From assembly GCA_943704425.1 (NCBI GenBank), contig CALSCP010000032.1, forward strand, positions 10,053 to 56,444: a stretch of DNA of 46,392 nucleotides, read 5' to 3'. The notes beneath the pieces were generated by a model. That model saw only the letters and a program-made list of their open reading frames with translations. It ran no database searches and was not told where the DNA came from. How positions within the stretch are numbered: the first letter of the stretch is position 1; each line of letters opens with the position of its first letter. A program made the translations under genes and the position numbers. Positions 36,023 through 46,392 of the stretch are shown one piece after another. The DNA comes from Ministeria vibrans ATCC 50519 (lineage: Eukaryota > Protista > Filasterea).

Positions 36023-37048
36023 TTTGTATCTTTCTACTTTCTGTTCTTGCCCAACAGTGGACATTACCACAAACCTTCATGGTCAAATTGGAAAGACACA
36101 AGTGGTGAAATCGCTCTCGGAGGTAAACAACGTCAAAAGCAGAATATTTGACAATGTCTCAAGAATTGCATCTCAACCGTTTCCGTTTTTGTCGCATTCT
36201 CTTTCGACAGTTGGCAGACGAAGGAAAACTCAAAGCGAAAGAGTATGGCAAGCAAAAGGCATACGTAGCGAATCAGGAATCGTTCCCACAGCCGAAAGAG
36301 ACAGAACTGTCCGACCTAGACGACAAAATCACAGTATAATAATATTAATATAAATTGCGTGTCTGTGCATTGATCTTTTGTATTTTTTTCTTTGGGTAGG
36401 AATACCGAACAAGCATTGCGGCTGGAAAGGTCCGCTTGGCTCACCTTACCAACAGTACACGATACAGTATGTATTGTAGTGCGACAATTTACCTCTTTTC
36501 GTTCGTAGCTCTGAAAGGCCTGACTGGCATGGAGACGACAAAACAGTTAACTGGTAGGGTCACTGACATACCAGTTGGTGCGCACGTATGCATCTCATTT
36601 GTGTTTTGTGTATGTGTGTGTGCGTAGAACGCATTGCATCGTTGACGGAGGAGATTGCCAGGAAGAAGGCAAAGTTGGAGCAGCTGCGGGATGGTGGACG
36701 ATCTGTGACGAAGGAGGAGCGTGACGAGGTGTACAAGAAGCACGCGGGTATTTTCAAGGAGTGGAAGAAGCGCCGTCGAATGGTACAATTTGCGTTCAGA
36801 CTGAGAGTGGATCGTGGTGCTGAAATACGTTTGTAGTGCAAGAATATTGCTGATCAAATCCTTGAAGGCTACGGCAAAGGAAGAGCCGCATTCTATGAGG
36901 TACCAACCCCCATACTACAGTAAATCCCTTTTCCACCTCTAAACCTTTCAAATTGGTTTTGATTTTGATGAAATTACAGGAGGTTGGCATCGAGGATGAT
37001 GCTGAAGTGGGCGTGTCGATTGATGATCACGATCCTGCAAAGAGTTGA
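35629..37048 (+). CDS. HOP2: Meiotic homologous-pairing protein HOP2/TBPIP, multi-exon
   Basis: ILEYMVKQNRPYSA|VDITTNLHGQIGKTQVVKSL..LADEGKLKAKEYGKQKAYVANQ; coiled coil; EWKKRRRM; EVGIEDD. Confidence 0.92.
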
Positions 37049-37049
37049 A

Positions 37050-37525
<476 letters not shown>

Positions 37526-37684
37526 TAGGAAAATTGCGCACTTTTCCTTGTTTCTATACAATATTTTGTGCTATTTTGGGTTTTGGTCCTTGTCTTTTGC
37601 AATACACTGTTACTTTGTCGTGTTTTTTTTTGTCCCCCTCTATATCACTTTGTTTCTTTCTCTCGCTCTCTCTTGTAGTCTTCT

Positions 37685-39163
37685 TTACAACACAATGTGT
37701 GTTTCGTTTTCCATGAGTTGTTCGAGGGTCTGACGGCGCTCAATGACGACAAAGGGAGCCGCATCGTTGGGTGCACAGTCGGTATCGCGCACTAACACCG
37801 CTGCAGCCATTGGGAAACTGTTGTAGCCGCTGACATTCATGCTGGCGCAGTAGCTGCCCACGGCCTCGATGACGCAACAGTCGTTCACACAAGCCGTAGC
37901 CATTGTGCGCGGACACACACGCTCGGCGTTGCCCGACTCTACCGTCAGCGTGTCGCCCGTCTCACAGCAATGGCCCACCACGACAAACGACTCAGTCTGC
38001 GCGCTAGTCGACTGAGTCGACTTGCCGTGTGTCCCTTTCGCTGGGACCACCACAAGCGGATGCTGTGCGCCATACAGCGCCGGGCGCAGCACGCTGGTCA
38101 TGCCTGAGTCCAGCTTCAGAAAGTGCATACCCTGCGCACCCGTGTCTACTCTGTCCTGAATCGTCGTGATCAGCGAACCCGCAGAGGTGACCTGTGAAAC
38201 GAGTGACGAAGTGATATATATATATATATATATATGTGTGTTATATATGTGTGTGTGTTTAAACATTGTAATGTCTTACGAGCGCACTCCCCGGCTCAAT
38301 TTCCAATTGAATCTGCCTCCCAGTTTGCTCGGCAAATCGCTTAAAGACGGCGTGGATGCGGGTGGCGAGCGCCGCGACGTCAGTTTCTTCGTGGCGCTCC
38401 GCTGGTACACGAGCCACCTTGAAGCCACCACCGAGGTTCATGGTGTGGGCGTCTGGAAACACACTGAGGATATCTTCAAGGCAGCACGTCGCAATCTGCT
38501 CCCATTTGTCCGTGTCACAACCGCTGCCAACGTGAGTGTGTACACGCACAATGCGCATATTGTGCTCGCGTGCAATCTCCAGCGCCTCGCCCATCTTCTC
38601 AAACCAAATTCCAAATGAAGACTTGTGGCCGCCCGTGTTGGTGCGATGATTCCAGCCGGTACCCATGCCAGGGTTGATGCGCACTCCAACATCACGTCCG
38701 GGACACAGACGCCCAATGAGCGCCAGCTGACGCAGCGAACACGCGTCCACAAGCACCCCTTGCTTGAGCAGGTCGCCTACCGACTCGGGCAGCTCCTGGG
38801 TCGACAGGCTGATCCGTTCGGGGGCCACGCCGGCAAGCAAGGCGCGCTGCACCTCGTTCACACTGCTCGCGTCAAAGTTCAGTCCCATGTCGGCAAACAG
38901 GCGCAGAATCGTACGATTGGGGTTCGCCTTCATGGCGTACCTGCAACACAAGGGCGCGTGTAAAGAGGTGCAGGGCGGGCATACGTCAAGCGACGCTACC
39001 GTGCGGTAAAGCCAAAGGGACCACCAAAACTCAGGATTCGTTCTGCGTTCGCTTTCAGCGCTCGTTCGCTGTAAGCAAACGTAGGAGTGCTGACCTGGTC
39101 GCGGATCGCACGCACAGTTGCCTCCGATAGGTGGGCAAGCTTGGCAATCGGATCAGTCGACAT
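37685..39163 (-). CDS. lysA: Diaminopimelate decarboxylase (PLP fold III), 3 exons
   Basis: YAMKAN (PLP lysine), FDASS, RINPG, SSFGI, HTHVGSG, NLGGGF, EIEPG, RPALYG, GHCCETGD, GSYCASM..YN. Confidence 0.88.
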
Positions 39164-39276
39164 ATGGATGAAGGGAAGCCGGAAGAAGACTGTAAATACT
39201 ATAAGATATTCAAAGTTGTCGCGAGACCGGCTCTTCACAGTTCACACACGCACACACTTTTTTATATTTCTTTAAC

Positions 39277-40556
39277 ATGTCTGCTGATCGTGTTCGAAAC
39301 ACCTTGGAGCACATGCGCCCGGCTGTCGAGGCCCAGCCAACGGCGGCCGCTCCGCAGGTGTCAGCGACGCCGTCGTATCCGCTGTCGCCCAACGAAGCCG
39401 GCTTGCTGACGCCCGACCAGCAACAGTTCTACGAAGACAACGGCTTCCTTGTCATCCGCCGCCTCGTGCCCTTGGACGACCTCGAGCGCTATCGGCAGCG
39501 CTTTGTTGACATTTGCGATGGTCGTGTCGAACGCGCCAGTCCCACGATGACAGTGATGCGCGATGTCGCCATTGCCAAGCAGAAGGGTGCCCGTGGCGAG
39601 CAGTCCATCACCAAGAGTACGCCACTTGCCACACTTGTCTACACATTCACTTTTTTTTTTTTTTATTCTTCCGTTTTTCTTCGTTTCGTAGTTCAAGACT
39701 GGCAGGACGACTCGGTGCTTTTTGACTACTGCAAGCATCCTGCGATAGTCCCGTATGTGCAGGCGTTCACCGGCTCCAACGTCAAGAGCGTGCACACCAT
39801 GCTGGTAGGAGAATGCTGAACTTGTGTGTGTTGTGTGTCCTGACTCTGCTTCCCTTTTGCCAGATCAACAAACCGCCCAATGTCGGCGAGAGTGGCCGCC
39901 ATCCGCTCCATCAAGACCTAATGTACTTTCCTTTCCGTCCCGCCGAGCGCATTGTGTGCTCTTGGACTGCCATGGAGAAGGTGAACCGCAGCAATGGGTG
40001 CTTGGTGGTCCTGCCTGGCTCACACAAGGGCGAGCTGCTCGAGCATGGCACGCCCCAGTGGGAGTCTGGCGTGAACAAGGTTTGTGACACGGTCTTCTGC
40101 GTGCGTGCACACACTCATTTCACCTTTTTATCTTGTCTATTTGCATTGTAGGCGTACTGGGGCGTTCGCGAGGTAGACGGAAGCGCCGAACGAGTGCACC
40201 TGGAAATGGAGGCGGGCGACACCGTGTTCTTCCATCCAATCCTCATTCATGGTAGTGGGTACGACAATGACGTCTTTACAAAGGAGAGGTGCTCCCAAAT
40301 ATTTGTGTTGAATCTTTTAAATTTTGTGTGCAGGTGGAACCGCACCAAAGGATATCGCAAGGCGATATCGTGCCACTACGCATCGGCCGACTGCCACTTT
40401 ATTGATGTGGCAGGCACCGTACAGGCACCCATGGGGGCGGAGGTGATGGAAATGCTGAAGATTAAGCTCAAGGAGATGGCGGAAGGTGTTTCATTTGTGG
40501 ATGTGTGGCGTGCCAAGAGCCGCTTGGTGGCAGGACGCGAGGGCACGCTGCAATAG
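39277..40556 (+). CDS. PHYH: Peroxisomal phytanoyl-CoA dioxygenase (PhyH), 5 exons
   Basis: PTS2-like RVRNTLEHM; [11 protein letters not shown]; HTML|INKPP; [14 protein letters not shown]; [15 protein letters not shown]; [10 protein letters not shown]. Confidence 0.93.
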
Positions 40557-40670
40557 CACGGTGGCGCAAAAGTGCGTGTGTGTGCGTGAGTGTAGAAGAA
40601 ATTTTGTTTTACAATGGGTGATAAAGTACATTGGAAAGTGTGTCAAGAGATTGGTGTGGAAGAAAAGAGT

Positions 40671-41182
40671 TCACACCGAGTCCTCGAGATTATCGCTCTC
40701 GGCAACATCGCGTGAACTCGGGGCGGGCTGCGCGGGCTTCACTGGCGCAGTGTGTACGGCATCCTCGCCAGAGACGACGGCATGCGTGGGCGAAGGGTCA
40801 ACGGCTGCGGTCACCAACTCGGTGGTACTCGCCGACGACGCCCGGTCGTTGTGACGGTTGTGCAGGCGTTGCATCCAGCGCGGTTGCGACATACCCGACA
40901 AGGGACGACGCCGCTTCTGCTTCTGCTTCTGCTGCTGATGCGCGGTAGTTTGTCGTGCGGCTACCACAGAGACCATGCCCGCCGAGGGACTGTCGTCTTC
41001 GACACTTGTCTCGCGCGAGTGATGTACCGACTCGCTATGAGAGTCTGTCTCTGCCACACTCTCGCTGAGGACCACCGAGACCGGGCGGGGGCGGAACAAG
41101 TTGGTAAAAACTAATGAATACAAAAATAACAACAACAAAAAAACAAAAGAGTTGTCAGCAATATCAACAATCAGTCAAGATG

Positions 41183-41244
<62 letters not shown>

Positions 41245-41393
41245 NNNNNNNGTTCACCTCAAGATCGAGGCCAGTAAGCCAGTCCAGCTGGCACAGGGAC
41301 TCGGGAATGGTCGACATGGAGCAGTCGAACAGCAGCAGGGTGTCGTCGTGCTCGCGTGCTGCACGGCCAATCTTGTTCTCAACGTTGGGCATG
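40671..41393 (-). CDS. Roco (LRR-Roc-COR) gene copy 1: first coding segment and last exon present, middle missing at N gap 41245-41251
   Basis: 41252-41361 is identical to 46283-46392 and is preceded by MPNVENKIG; 40671-41110 is a diverged paralog of the last exon of copy 2. Confidence 0.7.
41184..41244. repeat. (CA)n microsatellite abutting the assembly gap
   Basis: Directly visible. Confidence 0.9.
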
Positions 41394-41915
41394 GGGTCTA
41401 GCAAAAACGACAGACGACGAGAGTGTGAGCGGATGAAGGCGGCGGGGCGGCAGACAGAAGGACGGGGAAGGCTGGTGGGTCATCCCAGAATGTGCGTTGT
41501 GGAGCAGGAGGGGCGCGTGGAAACGAGAGCGATTGAAACGTGAATTTTGGTGCAAATGTGCGAACGAAAGGGCCGTTGGGTCGCTCATGCAGGAGGGAAG
41601 TGGCGCTGCGTGGTCACGGAAGCCAGACACACTCGTGACGGGGCGGGGCGGGTGGAGGCAGAGTGCGAGAATGGCGAGGGTGAAGGAAACGGTTCTCACA
41701 TGATTTAAGCGGCAGTGGCGGAGTGCCGACAAGGAAGTGACGAGGCGCGGGATACGAGACGAGGCGACACCAGAAGCAAGCGTGGTATATCTGTGAATAA
41801 TGTGAATAATCAATAATCACTACTTCTTCAGACTATTTGCGTGGTTGTTGGGTTGTCAGAGTGGAGAATCGTGACACACTTACTATTACAGTTTAGTTTT
41901 ATCTCTCTCTTTAAT

Positions 41916-42374
41916 ATATCTGCTGATCATGTTTTTCGTATTCGAGTCTCAAGACACCTTGGAGCACATGCATCCGCCTGTTGAAAGTGTCGAGGGCTCG
42001 AGGCCCAGCCAACGGCGGCCATCCCGCACGTTTCAGCGACGCCGTCGTATCCGCTGTCGCCCAACGAAGCCGGCTTGCTGACGCCCGACCAGCAACACTT
42101 TAAGAGAACAGCTTCCTTGCCATCGGAGCCTCGTGCCCTTGGACGACCTCGAGCGTGACCGGCAAAGTCGGACCGCATCAAAGGATATCGCAAGGCGATT
42201 TCGTGCCAATACGCATCGGCCGAGCCACTTTATTGATGTGACAGGCACCGTACAGGCACCCACGGGGGCGGAGGTGATGGGAATGCTGAAGATTAAGCTC
42301 AAGGAGATGGCGGAAGGTGTTTCATTTGTGGATGTGTGGCGTGCCAAGAGCCGCTTGGGTACACGCTGCAATAG
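41916..42374 (+). pseudogene. PHYH pseudogene fragment
   Basis: Copy of PHYH exon 1 (ATG mutated to ATA, indels) joined directly to the last exon; about 0.8 kb internal deletion including catalytic motifs. Confidence 0.88.
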
Positions 42375-42470
42375 CACGGCGGCGCAATTATATATATATA
42401 TATGTGTGTGTGTGTTGAAGCGGGGTGGGCGAAGAGGAATTCCATCACATTGTTTGAGGAAGAAAAGAGT

Positions 42471-45400
42471 TCACACTGAGTCCTCGAGATTATCGCTCTC
42501 GACAGCATCGCGTGAACTCGGGGCGGGCTCCACTGGCGTAGTGCCAACGGAATTCTCGCCAGAGACGACGACGGGCGTTGGCGCGGGGTCAACGGTTGCT
42601 GCTGCCGTCTCACTGGTACTCGCTGACGACGCCCGGTTTTTGTGGCGGTTGTGCAAGCGTTGCATCCAGCGCGGTTGCGACTTGCTCGACAAGGGACGAC
42701 GATGATCCTGCTTCTGTTGCTGATGCGCTGCCGTCTCGCGCGTGGCCACCACAGAGACCATGCCTGCCGAGGGACTGTCGTCTTCGACACTTGTCTCGCC
42801 CGAGTGTTGTGTCGACTTGTTTTTAGAGTCCGCCTCCACCACACTCTCGGTGAGCACCGCCAAGGCCGGGCGTGGGCGAAACAAGTTGGTAAAAACTAAT
42901 GAATACACAATAACAAGATAGCATACATCAACACCAACGCCGATCAGCCGACAAAAACAAATAATTGTGTTTTGTTTTCTCCTTACAGTTTGTGGGCGGA
43001 CTGACACTGGTGACGGAACCAGGACGACTGGAGGGACGCGATGTGACCGTGGCGGCAGGCGTCGCGGAAGACGGGGAGTTGAACCAAGAGGACGGACGGA
43101 GCGAGCGACGAACGCTCCTGACCGTCTCGGGGACGGACGCAGCAATGGTCGATGACGACGAGGGACGTGGCGTCGTGTTGAACCACCAAGAAAACTCTTT
43201 GGGGTCACAAAGAACGGGCGATTGTTCGTGACGCATGTAGGTGCACTTGATGGCAGAGTGGCGGGGGCGCTCGTTGAGGCCAATGGTTGGCAGCATGTGC
43301 AAGAGCCCCGTGTCGCGGGGCAGGTCGTCGACGGAGCCGAGACAAGGACAGGCGGGCGCGACGTTGAAAAGGCAGCGCACATCCCAGTAGTCGACAAGAA
43401 GAGTTGCAACAATTCCATCGGCAAGCAGTGACAGAATGCCGTCGGTTGTGTGTGGATCGGTGGGTGCCAGGAAAACAACTCGAATCATGCCACTCTCGGG
43501 ACACTCTTCGAGGAGCAGTTCGGTCTCACCGTCGAGACACACAAGGGCACAGTTGCAATAGACCGTGGGCTCAAAGCCACGACGCGACTGAGCACAGGCA
43601 CGCACCACCAGCTGATGGAACAGACCGTAGGGCAGTACGGGGTCCTGTGCGCCGTCTGTCGAGAAGCTCATGAGCAGCTGGGCGCACTTGCTCCAGTTGC
43701 CCATCCAGGGGCGGTCGCGGATGAGACCCGCCGGCATGGCCGAGGGAATGATCACCTTGCGCGAACCACGGACGGTACAGAGGAAGCTCAGGCGCTTCAT
43801 GACGGCAACGTACATCTCTGCGCGTGCTTCATTACCAGCGAGAAATCGCTGAAAAAGTGCCATCACCACATCCATGGTCCACACACGGTCCTTGGCAAAC
43901 GCCAGCAGAATGTCCTTCTTCGCATCCACCGTCGCAGCTCCATCATCCTTCTTTTTGGGAGGCACACAAATCGAAATGATGCCATCGTCCTCATCCGACT
44001 CGTCGTCGTCGTCGTGGAAGTTGCTGCTCGCATCACCCTTTGATGACTTGATCCGATCGTCGTCAGTGGTCTCCTCGGCGTTCTCTTCGATGAGGGTTTT
44101 GACCGAGTCTGCACGCGAACGGTCGTCGACTGCACTTGCAACGATGGGCGCGACCAGCACGGCGGAAGTCACTGCAGGCGGTGGGGCGATGAGGGTGGCG
44201 GGCGACGGGGCGTCCGGAAGTGCCTGACCCCAAACGAGCGCCTGCACGAGCGTCTCAACAAGCAGCTGCACGTCAGTGATGGAGATGCCCATCTCGGGCT
44301 TGTCGTCGACGAGATCAACAATGGCGCCGACACGCGACATGTAGTCGAGGCACAGCTGGAGCTGAGCAGGATTGGAGAATTGGAAGCCATTGAGGCGGCA
44401 CTGCTCGACCAGAGTCGCGCGTGGCATCTCGGTGGGGAAGGCGTTGTTCTCGCGGGCCATGGCCAGATGGTCTTGCAGTCGGATCCAATCGACGGGCATG
44501 TCGGGCATGCTCGAGATGGTCTTGAGAACGGTTGAGCTGACTGCGGTGCGGATGGACGCCACGCCTGCATCCGTCTTGCTGCTGACAGGAAAGAAGAGAA
44601 GGTTCGAGGGGAGATTGAGCGACTCGCAGAACTCGGCAGATGGCGTGACAAGACTGGCGCGCCAGGGGCCTGGACAGACAACGCGCGAGAGCATTTCGGT
44701 GGCATACTGGCACACATCAGCGCGACGAGAGTCATCGTCGTCGTACGCGTCAAGGTGGGTACCCACCAGCATCATGTGCGAGTCTGGCGCGCGCATGTGG
44801 ATGGTGGTGAGCCACTCTTCGACGACTCGCATCTGTGCAATGCTCAGCTTCTCCTTCTCGCGATCCAGCAGCGACAGGTCGAAGAGGATGAGGAAGACGG
44901 TGCCGGGCGAGATGAAGACGGTTTGGAAGACGGTGAAGTCGTTGCTGGAATAGTCGTTGATGGTAAGGCGGATGCTGAGGTGGGCGTCGATCGCGGCGGC
45001 CAGCAATGGGTCTTCGAGGTCGTATGCGCCAGGAGTGCTAGGCGTGACGGGGCGGTCCGTGGGTGTCGACGGGGGCGACACGGGCGATGCAGCCGCATCA
45101 ACCAGGGGCGAGGACGGAGCAGAGAAGCGTGGTGAAGGTGGCTGAAGAAAGTGGCCGGTCGAGAGGGGCGATGCGGTGACGGCGGCCGTGACGGAGGCCA
45201 TGGTGGCTAGCGACATGGCCGACTTGGTCCGATTGATGGTCATAAGACGCTCGAGCGAGCGTGATCGCTTGAGTTTGCCACCCTTGGGTCCAGCCCAGCG
45301 CGCCTCCGGACGCAACTCGTCGGTAGGTGTGAGGTGGAGGTCGTCGTCGGCATTGATGGTACCGGCGTCTTTGAGGTATGTTGAGGTGCGCTTGTGCTTC

Positions 45401-46392
45401 TTGCGGACTCCATAGAGCTCGTCTGTCGCCTCGCTGGTGCTGTGGCTATGCACCAGTGCACAGCGTGGCTCGGCACCATCCTCGGTGCTATTGGCACCAC
45501 ACGGACTCTGCGTGCCGCTTGTGGGCTTGCTGTCGATAATTTGCCAGAATTCACCTTGAAGGATGGCATTGGCGAGGTGCAGGCTGCTGCTGCCAGCCGC
45601 CGAAGGCTCCTCAAAGCGATTGAAGGGTTCGTCGCAGAGGCGGCGACGCAGCGACGTTTTACCGACACGCGCCGAGCCAAACATGACAAGTTTGAGACGG
45701 TGGATGGGCAATGAGCCGCGTTCGAATGCCTGGTCGAAGAGACACGACGAAGGCAGAGTGAGTTCGTTGAGGACGCGAGCTGTGTCGACCGGATCGACGT
45801 CATTTGTGTTGCGCGCAGTGTACACGGTGCTGGTCGAGCTGGGCTGTGGGATGGTGAGGGGGTTGCCGCGCAGCACGAGCCGTTTGAGGGAGCCCTTGAG
45901 CTCGGCAAGCGACAAGGGCAGCCGAGGGATCGCGTTGTCGCGCAGAGAGAAGCGCTCGAGACAGCGCAGTTGTGAGATACCAGCCGGGATGTGCGACAGC
46001 TGATTGTTGTGCAGGTAGAGGTGTTGCAAAAGGGTGCAATCGAGGATGCCGATGGGGAAGTCGGTGAAGTCGTTGGCGTCCAGATGGAGCGTCTCAAGGT
46101 GTGGCAGCCGCGTGCCAAACGACAGGGGGAGCTCTGTGAGTTTGTTGTCGTGCAAGTTGAGCGCTGCCAAGTTTTCCAAGCTGAGGAGGGGTTCGGGAAA
46201 GGAGGAGAAGCGATTGAAGCCGAGATCGAGGGTTTGCAGACTCCTCATGCGCGCAAAGTCGTCAATGAGCGCCGTCAGCTTGTTCACCTCAAGATCGAGG
46301 CCAGTAAGCCAGTCCAGCTGGCACAGGGACTCGGGAATGGTCGACATGGAGCAGTCGAACAGCAGCAGGGTGTCGTCGTGCTCGCGTGCTGC
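42471..46392 (-). CDS. Roco protein LRR-Roc-COR without kinase (MFHAS1/MASL1-like architecture), copy 2; 5' end runs off the window; intron 42986-42896
   Basis: About 6-7 LRRs; Roc P-loop KLVMFGSARVGKTSL; LVGTHLD (G4); FFPVSS (G5); COR-like MPVDW..L and LPYGLFHQLVVR; last exon FFTNLFRPRP...LEDSV. Confidence 0.88.

Noticed and set aside
42133-42705. 190-aa ORF as a new chimeric gene
   Set aside because: It is PHYH pseudogene sequence running into the antisense of the Roco last exon, and it has no ATG start.
42471-46392. LRRK1/LRRK2 ortholog
   Set aside because: No kinase or WD40 domain after COR.

Overview
Gene-dense, intron-rich eukaryotic nuclear DNA with GC-rich exons, short AT-rich or microsatellite-filled GT-AG introns and four N gaps. 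The gene content (EGF adhesion GPCR, MEF2, TSP1 repeats, Roco, RSPH1, MAPK15, lysA) suggests a flagellated unicellular relative of animals; this taxon is an inference. I reconstructed about 16 spliced genes by hand: EGF adhesion GPCR (-), nucleotidyltransferase (+), MAPK15 (-), MRPL4 (+), RSPH1 (-), DMXL/Rav1 (+), MEF2 (-), U-box-TPR (+), a secreted FG-GAP propeller/6xTSP1/Hedgehog-type Hint protein (+), nucleotide-sugar transporter (+), ankyrin-SOCS-box (-), FBXO47-like F-box (-), HOP2 (+), lysA (-), PHYH (+), and a tandemly duplicated LRR-Roc-COR gene (-) with a PHYH pseudogene between its copies. The most striking item is the adhesin-like protein ending in a Hog (Hint + putative sterol-recognition) autoprocessing module, an architecture I do not recognise. 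Also notable: a divergent meiotic gene pair (FBXO47-like/HOP2) with a dyad ACGCGT element between them, a candidate MITE with a target-site duplication, and a Roc GTPase with a degenerate G3 motif. All family calls come from motif recognition; no database searches were run.
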